Origin: Octopus bimaculoides
Taxonomy: Eukaryota
DNA length: 64,000 bases
Assembly: GCF_001194135.2 (NCBI RefSeq)
Contig: NC_068986.1
Span: forward strand, 96,438,232-96,502,231
Direction of reading: 5' to 3'
Shown here: positions 50,150-62,090 of the stretch, one piece after another
How the letters are laid out: each line of letters starts with the position of its first letter
Numbering within the stretch: position 1 is the first letter of the stretch
Notes under the pieces: generated by a model
What the model was told of the DNA's origin: nothing
Databases searched by the model: none
Seen by the model: the letters and a program-made list of their open reading frames with translations, nothing else
Program-made: the position numbers and the translations under genes

Positions 50150-50450
50150 TGCTAGCGTATCTAGCTTTAAAGCCGAATATTGATTTAGCAACACTGGCAC
50201 CAGGATTTCAGAATCCGTGGAAACGTCTTCGATAACAAGGAAGCCCTGCCGTTGTCGATATCATTGTTTTCATCTCTCTCTCCCTCCTTATATGCGCGCA
50301 CACGTGTATGAAATATTTAGAAAAGAAAATCCACAGGTGTAAGCAAAACCTAGAAACGAGAGGCTTCAAAGTAAATCTGGAAATAGCCATGATCGATATA
50401 CTAAAAATAAATGGGTGGGTATCTATTACTAATGCTTCTCAAACTGACAA
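50150..50450. promoter_or_regulatory. Possible promoter / first-exon region at the edge of the CpG-retaining domain
   Basis: 20 CpG in 50161-50760 versus 1 in 47641-48240 (hand count); non-repeat-looking sequence. Direction not established. Confidence 0.25.
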
Positions 50451-50939
50451 CTACCACTCTACCAAAAAATATTATTCATTTTAACGTCTCCAATCCATTT
50501 CTATTAATTAAAAGACAAAATAGGACATTCCTAAAGAATAGAGTCGGAAATTATTTAGTGTTCCAGAAAACCGTAATTCCTCCAAATCTGATCATTTTAA
50601 TCACTGTAGATTACGAATTAGAAAGAAAATCCCTCTTACCCTTCCTTTCCCGTAATTTTTCCAGGTCCGACATTTTCCCGAAAATTTCTTCGGATGTTTA
50701 ATCTCAGATGTTCAATACATAGATCGGAAAAAAGTTTCAAAGAAAATAAAAAGTGTAAAATCACGAGGAAAAAAAAGAGCGGGGGGAGGGTATCACAAAA
50801 AGAAACTGTAGATTCGTAGTCTGTGATGCTTTAAAACAGGTTAACATGCAGTTTACCGTCGTGAATAAATGAAAGCAAATTGTCTTTAAAAATGAAAGTA
50901 TATTGCGAGAGAAACCCGAAGTGACGACAGTACTTATAC

Positions 50940-51200
50940 CAGCAATTTATGAAACATTTGGTATCTGTTTGAAGGGCTTTCTATGTGGATCTCAGCATCT
51001 TTTATACTTATCAAGTTGTCAACGATTCACTCAATTTTGTTGATCCAAATGATGACAGCATCTACAAAAGGATGATGGATGCTCACCAAGAAGAAACTTT
51101 AGGCGACAATGCTGATTTATTTACATATCTACATGAGCATGTATAGCGAAACAAATTTAGCGATCTTGAAAAATCATTTACGAATTTAATTTCATGGTTT
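50940..51200 (+). mobile_element. Merlin transposase C-terminal remnant
   Basis: VSV*RAFY...YTYQVVNDSLNFVDP...LFTYLHEHV*RNKF parallels ISXO2 SDxWRAY...VNHSxNFVDP...YLxEFMWR. Confidence 0.65.
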
Positions 51201-51480
51201 GTGTACTGAATACATCGGTTATATTACATACATTGTTTACATGAAATTACGAAATGTCACTCTCGTCATTTTCGGTTTCTATCGCATTATACTTTCATTT
51301 TTTAAAAGCAATTTTCTTCCACTATTTTGTCAAGTTAAACTGCATGTTAACCTTCATACAGACCCGAACAAATTACGGTTTTTGGTGCACAAGATACGAG
51401 TAATTTGTGATTATTTTTCTATAAGAATACAGCCATAAAATGCTTGTTTATTCACGCTGAATTTACTGTATGGTGTACGA

Positions 51481-51600
51481 CAGTCATGGGCAAAAACTGC
51501 GACCTGCAGGATTTTCTGATTGGCACCCCTAACCAGTGCTGGATTAACCATAAAGCAAAATAACCACGTACTTAGGACAGCAAGGGAAAGGGGCACTACA
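51481..51600 (+). mobile_element. Two hAT-like terminal fragments
   Basis: cagtcatgggcaaa..ctgcgacctgcagg (Charlie-like end) and cagtgctggattaaccata..gcacgtacttagg-like end. Confidence 0.4.
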
Positions 51601-51900
51601 GAAATGGTAAAATGATTGTGACTCAAAAGAAATCACTTTAAACTTGCTAAAATAATATTCAGAGTGGTTTTTTTATGATTGGAAATATAATTTCGAAGTG
51701 TTCATGGTACCATAGTGAGGATCTGATCAAAGATTACGCTATTAAAAAAAAAAGTCAGAGAAAACTTTTGAAAAATAAATAAATTTGGTCGTATATAAAG
51801 ATAAGTATTATTTTCCATCTTTTATTTTGAAAAGTTTGAATTTATTTTATGGTATTGTTTATATTTTGAATTATATGTATCTGTTAAAGTCTGTCATACC

Positions 51901-51940
51901 GGCCATGACGAAGGGAAATAGCCCTGAAACTCGAGTCGCC
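51901..51940 (+). ncRNA. Minimal type I hammerhead-ribozyme-like motif with one extra base in the core
   Basis: GGC-C(a)TGACGA-AGGG-aaatag-CCCT-GAAAC-tcga-GTC-GCC; all three stems pair. Confidence 0.5.
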
Positions 51941-52944
51941 TTTATATATTTATATTTATATATTTGATCCTTTATATTGAACACTCAATATTTCATCTAC
52001 ATTCAATACTTTCTTTCATGGTGCCATCCATTTTAATTTTATTTTATATTATATTATATATTGTATATTCCATATTCTATACCCCACATTGGTTCTGCAG
52101 GAATATAAATAAAACATAAAAAACAGACAGTGTTGAAACTCTTTTAAACAAAATAATATATTCCTCTATACACAATCATACAAAAAACCCACCTTTTTTG
52201 TATTTATTTTTACTCGCATANNNNNNNNNNNNNNNNNNNNNNNNNNNNNNNNNNNNNNNNNNNNNNNNNNNNNNNNNNNNNNNNNNNNNNNNNNNNNNNN
52301 NNNNNNNNNNNNNNNNNNNNNNNNNNNNNNNNNNNNNNNNNNNNNNNNNNNNNNNNNNNNNNNNNNNNNNNNNACCAAACTCTTCGTTAATATTTCAATT
52401 CCTTCACCGACGGTGTAATCAACAGTAATATTTAGATCTGTTATCAGGTACTCTATAGATTATCTTCTTGAATGTAAGTAAATAAATAGTCTTTTATAAA
52501 CTAGTTTTCATAAAAATTATTTTCGTCATTTCTGTGCTGAAAATTAAATTTACTGCTGTCTTAAAAATACGTGTGTTTCAATTCGTTCCTAATGAAGCAA
52601 AAGAAACATTTTATTGAACGTTGAATTGACTGTATTGTTTTTTTTTTTTTACGTTCAGTGAAAAGCGACATTTTGGGCGGGGGTGGGGTCAACGCGCTAA
52701 AATAATAGCGAAGAAATTGAAGCACAAGCTAATGCTATTGCACAGATAATCACTGAACGATGTCGATCAGAATCATGTTAGGAAGTTACCATAGAACTTG
52801 AATAAAGAGAGGAAGAAAATGTTGGAAATTTACCTGAGAAAGAAGCCTCACTTGACGGGTCGACAAAATGTCCATAATTTGGTATACCTACTCAAGTTTA
52901 CCCCTCAAGTATACCTACTGAAAAATACTCCATTGATTTTATTT

Positions 52945-54930
52945 GCTCATAACTTTAAGACAAATTGAAATTTTTTAGTGAAATTTTCTACAAATATATT
53001 TCAGATATAGATTACTATTATATCGCAATTTAATGTGGAAGAAAAAATGATGGGCGTGCACTGAAACCTAATACTGATATACATCACAAAATGATGCAAT
53101 GTGTGTCAGAATTTTTTTTTTACATTAAATTCAATACAATCGTAATCTTCGTAATATATATTTGTAGAAATTTCATTAAAAAACTCTATTTTTTGAAAGT
53201 CAGTGGTGGTACAACTTATGCATGTATGCCTTTAAATGAACAGTGGATGGAATAAGATCATATAACTAGTGTTATCGGCATAACTACATAGTTTTACCCC
53301 CCAGACTTTGGGAGGTCATAACTTTCAGAAAAATGAATATTTTTTAATGAAATTTTCTATGCATATAGTATTTACTATGTAGAATCCGAATATACAAACA
53401 TTTCCGGTGAAAGTGTTTTGGAATGGGGGTGGGGGACAATTTTCGGAAATTCCAACAGAGTCCACTTAAATTCTTCTTAACTTCCAGGAAAATTAATATT
53501 TTTTCGTGAAATTTTTTACAAATATACCTTGATGTATGTACATTTCGAGCATGTAGGAATTTTGAAGGAAACAATTGCAGGTTATTTTTGAGAAGTGTTC
53601 CCCACTCGGTGGTGTTTCGGAGCAAGTCGTCCATAATTGTTTCATTTTTCTGTATTATGTGCGTATGTGCATCCGTAGATTTCTAATGAAGTAATACGCT
53701 GCTTCTGTTCTCTTCTATTTCTCTACTAGAAACGTTTACTTTGGAATTTACTTCTAAAATTTTTGTGAACTTAATCTAGTTACTGCCAAATTGAAACTTT
53801 ACAAAAACATCTTGAGTTTGTGAATAAATCTCTAATATATTTTAGGCAGATATTTAGAAATCTTACAATAGAAACAATTTCTGATGTCTACTTTTTCTTT
53901 AGAACAATAGTCGACTTCTCTGAATCTATCTTTTGCATCGTAACTATTCACAAAAGACGAAATCATGAAGCCAAGTCTCCTTATAGAAATAGAGGAATTT
54001 TATGGTTAAGGTGAAATAATGAGATTAAATTCTCTCAGTCAGTACAATATGACCAAGAACTGATGATTTATTTGTGTGAAAATTTAAAAGAACATATCTT
54101 GTGAAAATTATAGAATTCACTATTGTTAACATATGAATGAAAAATACCGACTGAGCACAGCTTTGGTGTGTTTCCCAGATGTTTCTGACAATAAACTATT
54201 TATAGTGAAACGTTATCATGTACTTTGGAGGAGAAATCACTGGAAGGCCATTGTTCAATAGCATTGATCATTATCTGGATAAAGCTCGAATTCCCTGGGA
54301 GATGTGATTCCCTAATTACTGACGAGGGTCCGATATTGACGGGTATTCTGTCGTGTAGTTGCGCGTATGAAATACGTTTCTACTCTGCATCGTCACTGAT
54401 GGCATAATTTACATTAAATTATTGATTAAATAAAAAAGAAAACAGGCATATTTCCACATGTATGCCACCCGCACAATTTTGTTTCCTCTTAACTCAGAAA
54501 AATGGTTATTTTTAATGAAATTTTCTACAAATACATTCCAAATGACGCAGATTCCGATTGTTTCAGAATTTGTTGTGAAAAGTTTTTTTAGGAGGAGGAT
54601 AAGAATTTTGGATAATTCACACGCGTCAACTTTTGTTTCTCACAACTTTCAGAAAAATGACTATATTTTAATGAAATTTTCTACAATACCTTTCTGATGA
54701 TGTAGATTACAATTACATCGGAATTTGTTTTGAAAAAAATTGTTGAGTGCGCGCGCACGCACTCCCTGAAACTAGATATTTTTGAAAAAATGTGATGCGT
54801 GCCAGTGTTGTGCGCGCCCACTCTTTTCTTCACATCAAATTCCAATATAATCATAATCTACATCATCTGAACGGTATTTGTAGAAAATTTCATTAAAAAA
54901 TAGTTATTTTCTGAAACATATAAGGAAACA
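52945..54930. repeat. About six copies of a ~110-bp module in direct and inverted orientation (likely DNA-transposon subterminal repeats)
   Basis: Consensus-like cagaaaaatgactattttttaatgaaattttctacaaatac..tcagatgatgtagatta at ~52945(+), 53100(-), 53315(+), 54480(+), 54640(+) and 54810(-). Confidence 0.7.
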
Positions 54931-56370
54931 AGGTGGCGTGAGGTGGAGAGCGCACTTGTAAGGTGTGCCAAAAAACTAAGGAAAATAGCGAACTAGAAAA
55001 GTTATTTAATGTTGTTCAAAAGTACGTTAATCTCACAAGCATACATTTAAAGCAGTGATACTGCATGTTTCAGAGATATAGCGAAGACATATATATCAAA
55101 ACAGCTTTTTGGTTTTATATTTTCCAATTCAGTGGTTTTCGACAGAATGTTCTAGTCTGTTTCCAAACTTTGCTTGGGAATCCTGGCATTGCTCACTTAA
55201 TAAATAACAAGACTGACTTTATGATTTTGTTCGGTGACTCAAAGTAGATCATTACATTGGGTTACATAGGGAGAGGTCTTCGATTTATGATCACATGCTG
55301 GAAGTGAGAAATTATTGTAATCAATTTTGTGGGGCTGGGGAGGGGATTGAAATGTTTAAAGAATTTTTTCATAATTTGTAATTTCCGTAATTTAAAACAT
55401 GGAATTAAAAAGATAAATATAAATATTGATTAAAATGCAAAAATTCTTTTTGTGAGGATAGTGGGGCAAAAATTAGAATTAAAATTTTATTTCTGTTTTA
55501 TTTTGGCAAAATCGTAATCTCCACCGTTGTAAAATAGAGTCCAAAGCAATTTTTGAAAAATATAAACTAAAAAATTAAGGAGTGCGATGCATATTTGACA
55601 CGTCCATCTGGACATTGCCGAATAAATGTCAATATTTCCAGGGTAAGAGTCTTTCATAGCCTTGTAGCCTTGGGTCGACCAAAATCTTGTACGTGGATTG
55701 GGTAGATGGAAACTGAAAGAAGCCCATCGTATATGTGTGTGTGTGTGGATCTTGACAACCGGTGTTGGTGTGTTTATGCCTCCTTAACTTAACGACTCGG
55801 CAAATAGATTAAGTACTAGGTTTAAAATAAATAGAAGTACTGGGGTCGATTCGTTCGACTGAAATTCTTAAAATGACTGAAACAAGACGTGTGTGTTAAT
55901 AATACTAAAACTCCAGAGATGTTTGTGTGTACCCGAAAAATCTCAGAAATAGTATATTTTATCTTAATTTTTTTTTGCATATTTATTTTCATACTTATCT
56001 TCGGCAGTGCAGTACAAATTTTTGTGATATTTGGACCACCATTTATTAATGAAAACGGTTAAACACAAATTTTGTTTGTTATTTCTTGAAAAAAAAAGAA
56101 AAAAAAAATAGCATGGCTTCTGTGACGTCAACACATACAAAACACACACACATAATGAATGTCATGGCGTGTCAATCAACACAAACACACGTCCACTATC
56201 TGCGACATATACACACACATAGTCTTCTTGCTCTCCAAAGACAAAAAAGTCGGCTTTTTGACGTACACAATCTTTGAATCATTTAGAAATATTTTTAACT
56301 GAATGTAATTTCAAAAATGCAAGTTGCTTGTACAGTAAGTATTTATATTTTAGCTTTCTTTAAACAGTTC

Positions 56371-56632
56371 GTTAATTTCCGTAAAAAGGTTTTATTTATT
56401 TACTTTTGCTTTAAAGTGAAAGAGAGAGAAAGTGAAAGATGTATATACGTGCATATGAAATGGACGTGTATGTGAAAGAGAGAGAGAGAATGAAAGAAAG
56501 AGAGGGAGAGAGAGTGAGTGAAGGGGTTTGTTGTCATGTATTCGTACATACATCAATACATATTCGTACATCTTTTTTGTATGTATGTGTGTGAGAGAGA
56601 GAGAGAGTGAACGTGTGTGTTCTCATGTAAGT

Positions 56633-56669
<37 letters not shown>

Positions 56670-56816
56670 ACTCACTCACTCACTCACTCACTCACTCACT
56701 CACTCACTCACTCACTCACACACACACACACACGTACACACGTCTATTTCATACACGTTCATACCTCTTTCACTTTAAAACAAAAGTAAATAAATAAAAA
56801 TTTTTACGGAAATTAA
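56371..56816. mobile_element. MITE-like element with ~100-bp TIRs and a microsatellite core
   Basis: ttaatttccgtaaaaa...ttatttatttacttttgctttaaagtgaaagag is inverted against ctctttcactttaaaacaaaagtaaataaataa...tttttacggaaattaa. Confidence 0.75.
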
Positions 56817-57680
56817 AGAACAAAACCAGCTGATCTGGATGACAGTTTTGAGAGTCAAAGCGAAAGATCGCCCCAAAGGNNNNNNNNNNNNNNNNNNNNN
56901 NNNNNNNNNNNNNNNNNNNNNNNNNNNNNNNNNNNNNNNNNNNNNNNNNNNNNNNNNNNNNNNNNNNNNNNNNNNNNNNNNNNNNNNNNNNNNNNNNNNN
57001 NNNNNNNNNNNNNNNNNNNNNNNNNNNNNNNNNNNNNNNNNNNNNNNNNNNNNNNNNNNNNNNNNNNNNNNNNNNNNNNNNNNNNNNNNNNNNNNNNNNN
57101 NNNNNNNNNNNNNNNNNNNNNNNNNNNNNNNNNNNNNNNNNNNNNNNNNNNNNNNNNNNNNNNNNNNNNNNNNNNNNNNNNNNNNNNNNNNNNNNNNNNN
57201 NNNNNNNNNNNNNNNNNNNNNNNNNNNNNNNNNNNNNNNNNNNNNNNNNNNNNNNNNNNNNNNNNNNNNNNNNNNNNNNNNNNNNNNNNNNNNNNNNNNN
57301 NNNNNNNNNNNNNNNNNNNNNNNNNNNNNNNNNNNNNNNNNNNNNNNNNNNNNNNNNNNNNNNNNNNNNNNNNNNNNNNNNNNNNNNNNNNNNNNAAAAA
57401 ACGTTGAATAAAGGGAAGTTACTCTAATAGGCGTGGAAAATAAAAGTAAAAGATATAAAATATATAAAATTATTATAAAAGTACACGCGACCACATACTC
57501 ATAAAGATAGAAATCTTCGTTCATTGAATCTACATACGTACACATGTATATATATATATATATATATATATACATACATACATACATAGTTGGAATTCAC
57601 AAGAAAAAGGAAACAAAAGACGAAGACGGGTATGTAAACAACAAACATGTATTAGTTTAACGCTCGGGAAATGAGAAAGT

Positions 57681-57716
57681 CTTTTACGTTTCGAGCCTAC
57701 GCTCTTCAACAGAAAG
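57681..57716 (-). ncRNA. Minimal type I hammerhead-like motif, copy 1
   Basis: cttt-CTGTTGA-A-GAGC-gtag-GCTC-GAAAC-GTA-aaag; palindromic ACGU stem III; predicted cut after 57685. Confidence 0.55.
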
Positions 57717-58115
57717 GAATACAGAAATGAGCAGAGAGAGAGAAAAAAAATGATTAAAGAAACGACAATAGGAAAAAGAAAGTACAAAAAAAAAAAATGT
57801 TCAGAAAAGTTCAAAAGGTTCAAATGTCGTGGTGTATGAACGATTTCTCATCAACGAAAGAGTCCGGTGTAATCCATGTGAAAACCAGGTGGAAGTCCAA
57901 AGTGTAGGAGTCCGAAGTGTAGAAGGTGTAGAAAATCGAAGTGTATGAGGTAGAGACAAGATGAAACTGGTGCGACCACGTGAGCGTGCAATACATATAG
58001 TTGTAATTTACAAAAAAAAAAAAAAAGGGAAAAAGAAAAAACAAAGCAAAAGACGAAGACGGGTGTGTAAACAACAAACAGATGTATTAGTTTAACGCAC
58101 GGGAAGTGAGAAAGT

Positions 58116-58151
58116 CTTTTACGTTTCGAGTCTACTCTCTTCAACAGAAAG
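58116..58151 (-). ncRNA. Minimal type I hammerhead-like motif, copy 2
   Basis: cttt-CTGTTGA-A-GAG-agtaga-CTC-GAAAC-GTA-aaag; stem II weakened. Confidence 0.45.
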
Positions 58152-58440
58152 GAACACAGAAATATGCAGAGAGAGAAAATAAAAAAAAAGTTTAAGAAAC
58201 GACAATAGGAAAAAGCAGAAAGTACAAAAAAAAAAAAAAACGCCCAGAAAGGTTCAAACGTCGTGGTGTATGGGATCGATTACACATACATATATATATG
58301 TGTCCATACACATTATTATGCTCATATACACACATCATACACATTATTATGCTCATATACACACCTCTACACGCACACGCATATACATATATATGTATAT
58401 GCATGCATATGTATAAAAATATATATATATAAACATATTG

Positions 58441-58813
58441 ATGGCACTCCGTCGCTTACGACGTCGAGGGTTCCAGTTGATCCGATCAATGGAACAGCCT
58501 GCTCGTGAAATTAACGTGCAAGTGGCTGAGCACTCCACAGACATGTGTACCCTTAACGTAGTTCTCGGGGATATTCAGCGTGATACAGTGTGACAAGGCT
58601 GACCCTTTGAATTACAGGCACAACAAAAATAGGAAGTAAGAGAAAGTTGTGGTGAAAGAGTACAGCAGGGTTTGCCACCATCCCCTGCCGGAGCCTCGTG
58701 GAGCTTTTAGGTGTTTTCGCTCAATAAACACTCACAACACCCGGTCTGGGAATCGAAACCGCGATCCTATGACCGCGAGTCCGCTGCCCTAACCACTGGG
58801 CCATTGCGCCTCC
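58441..58813 (-). mobile_element. S3 SINE, full length
   Basis: Reverse complement of 13498-13880 with few changes. Confidence 0.9.
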
Positions 58814-59289
58814 ACATATAAACATAAAAATATAAGAATACGCACACGCATATATATTCTTTTATTCTTTTACTTGTTTCAGTCATTTGACTGCGGCCAT
58901 GCTGGAGCACCGCCTTTAGTCAAACAAATCGACCCCAGGATTTATTCTTTGTAAGCCTAGTACTTATTCTATCGGTCTCTTTTGCCGAATCGTTAAGTTA
59001 CAGTGACGTAAAACACCAATATCGGTTGTTAAGCCACGGCAGAGGTACAAACACAAACACACAAATACATACATACATACATACATGGTCATTCATGACC
59101 GAAAGGGGTCTTTATATATATTCGTGGGGACTTAGCAAGTTCCTGGGATTTCAGGCTGTTAGGACTTTGGGAAAAAAATGTCAATAAGGTAGATTTCTCC
59201 AATTTTCCTCACAAGTAAAGACAGATTTGACGGAGACAGATTTCGTCTTTCAAATTTTTAATGCCGAAAAGTACTTTCATACAGAGGAA

Positions 59290-59580
59290 CACAGATGACT
59301 AAAGCAATTAAGATGGGTGTTAAACCCATTTGACCCTGCTTTTAGCTAAGTTAAAGGCAAATAGTCAACTTTGTAGTGAAACATCAAGCTGGTGTGGGTA
59401 GGAAAATTTTCATCGTTAACTGTCATGCGTTTTCCTCAAATGCTGGTGGCTGAAGCTTTGAAAGTTTTGGTTCGATTCCCAAATACTATGTCAGAAAGGA
59501 TTGTCTGCAATAACTCAAATAAAAGCAAAGCAAAATTTGACTTCATAAGTTAGATGCGCTGATGAAAGGTGCACTTATCT
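59290..59580 (+). mobile_element. hAT/Charlie transposase C-terminal (dimerisation domain) remnant
   Basis: KQLRWVLNPFDP...AEALKVLVRFPNT / CQKGLSAITQIKAKQ across a frameshift. Confidence 0.7.
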
Positions 59581-60459
59581 TCGAATTCTTTACAGTTCGA
59601 TAATTTGATAAAAAAAAAACAAACCGCAAAAGTAACCTAGTCATTAAATCTCAGGACTTTTGTTATTTGGTTGGTATATCTTTTATCTTTTACTTGTTTC
59701 AGTCATTTGCTGGGGTATTGGCACCGCTTTGGAGGGTTTTAGTCGAACAAATCGACCCCAGGACTTATTTTTCTTAAGCCTAGATCTTATTCTAATAGTC
59801 CCTTTTGCCGAACCGCTAAGTTACGGGGACGTAAACACACAAACACCGGCTGTCAAGCGGTTGTGGAGGGACAAGCACGCACACACACACACATACATAT
59901 ATGTGTGTGTGTGTATACATACACACACATATATACGATGGGCTTCTTTCAGTTTCCGTCTACCAAATCCACTCACAAAACTTTGGCCAGCCCGAGGCTA
60001 TAGTAGAAGATACTTCCCCAAGGTGCCGCGCAGTGGGATTGAACCCGGAACCATGTGGTGTACATCATTGTGTGTAAGTTTGTATGAGTGGGGTGCAGGA
60101 GTGCGTGTCTTGAGTGTGGTGTATAATCGTGTGAGTGTTGTATATGATGAATATGATGAGCAGCAGTGTTGAGTGGTGTACAACAATGTATGAATGTTAA
60201 GTATAGTATACAACCATGTGTGGGTCTGAGTGCATATGTTCAAAACAGCTTTGTTTCTATATTTTCCAGTTCGGTGGCGTGAGCTGGAGTGGGATGTACA
60301 GCCGTGTGGATATACAGCCGTGTGTAAGTCTTGAGTGATGTGTAAAGGAGTGTCTCGAATATGGGACACAAAAGTGTGAGTTTGAGTATGGTACACTGCA
60401 ATGTATGCATCATATGTGGTGTATTGGCAACATGCAAGACAGTGTAGTGTGTGCGGGTC

Positions 60460-62090
60460 TGAGATGCTGTTTTGCTCAGGTCAGCCTTGACTGAGCAGAC
60501 CAGTAGTCAGAAGCGTTCCATCTACGACTATTCCATCTTTTTATATACCTAGAACTCCACTGTCCTTTGTTTTTTTAAGAGAGTAGGATTTGATTTGAGG
60601 GAGATTTGACTGCTATTTCTTGTAGTTCAAGTGACCACGTAAGACTCTCTTATGTGACGTACAGCTGTGTGAGAAGGTGCGTATGTGTGTAAATGTGGTG
60701 TACAGCTGAGTGTGAATCTGCATATATTAGTGTGTATAAACAGTCGTGTTTTATTTTTCGACCAATCAACAAATAGAATGAGAGAAATTGCCGGAAGAGT
60801 TGCATCTGATCATGTGCTGTTTAGTATGTCTTCAGTTTGAGCAAGAGGACCTGTTATGCCGCGAGGAAGGTAGACTTAAAAATAAACATAGATACATGCG
60901 CTCAGGAGCCTTTTTTCACGAGCCAACGAAGGAGCCTCTTCGTGGTCGCTCCAGCTGCTAGAAATAGTGGTCAGATTGCCCTCAAATCACACATTGCTGT
61001 CTTAAAGACAGAAGGATACATGCTATAATGTAGTTTGGGATAGCGCATTTCTGATATATATAAAAAAGAGGATATGGTAACAACTAGAAAGCCTTTAACC
61101 ATACATCTATTCGATCAAGATGGACATAGGATAACAACATACGTATATGTTATATGATAGTCCTTAAATTCTAAATACCAAATGCAAGACCAGCGCTCGA
61201 AGAGTACTATAAATCCGAATGATTAAGTTATATACTTTAAATTGCGGACTTAATAATAATTTCGTTATAGAGAAGTTTTAGTTTCTCCTTCGATTTTCAG
61301 TGTAGAAACGATGTACGAGAAGAGTGTCAGCAAGTTGTTGTAGTTGTTTTTTGCTCCAGATCAGCCGTGATCGAGAAAACTACAATCAAACGTGATCCAA
61401 CCGAGATCAACCTATCTTTTTGTACAAGACAATAGGATTTAATTTGGGGAAGATATGGCTGCTATTTCTTGCAGGGCGAGCGACCACGTAGGGGCTTCCT
61501 CGTTGATTGGCATATCATTGTTTCTGCTGGTTGTTGTTTAGCCCTGATCAGCAACCGATTGGTCAGACTTATGATCAAAGTCATTTATTTCCCAGACACG
61601 GTACACTCAGATCCATATTAATCACAGTATTAATTTTCTTCAAAGACGGTAGTGGGTGTGACTTGGCTGCTATTTCTAACAGGTTGTTTTCAGTTGGTCA
61701 TCTGATAAGCTTTAACAATGGAAGATGAGAGATGACAATGAGATTCGTTGTGAAATCAAGAAAGATATCTTGCACAACCTTCGATATATATTTTTTTCTT
61801 TTAGAGTGGAGAGTTATGAAAAACTTTCATAATTATTCAGTCTTAAATTTTTACGCATATTTTTGTGTTATTGTTTAGTCCCAGGTCAACCCTGATCGAA
61901 CATATTTATGATTACAGGTATTTCGGCCGTGCACTTTTCACATTTTTTTTCCTTATGTAGTGTATCGTGGACTGATAAATATATGTATCTTTACTTTTTA
62001 AGACGGTATGATGTGGTCTGAAGGAGACTTGGGTGTTACTTTTAACAAGTCGAACGACCAGATAGAAGCTTCTTACCTGGCGTTCATGTT
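60460..62090. mobile_element. Cluster of five S5 repeats
   Basis: Copies at ~60460-60655, 60850-61140 (opposite orientation), 61335-61505, 61520-61730 and 61860-62090. Confidence 0.78.

Larger units (their letters stand above)
57614..58272 (-). mobile_element. Tandem pLTR/retrozyme-like element: two ~225-bp direct repeats with a ~208-bp spacer (period ~435)
   Basis: 57614-57838 and 58047-58272 align; each carries a hammerhead-like motif; no recognisable ORF. Confidence 0.75.

Noticed and set aside
56123-56130. Perfect CRE palindrome TGACGTCA
   Set aside because: A single 8-mer is expected by chance in 64 kb, and no linked transcription start is evident.
4286-57587. Long ORFs of 110-390 aa in the track (e.g. 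4286-5281, 11524-12653, 14549-15381, 25186-26250, 56775-57587)
   Set aside because: They are open only because they run through N gaps. Only 16913-18013 has real coding flanks, and those are LINE.
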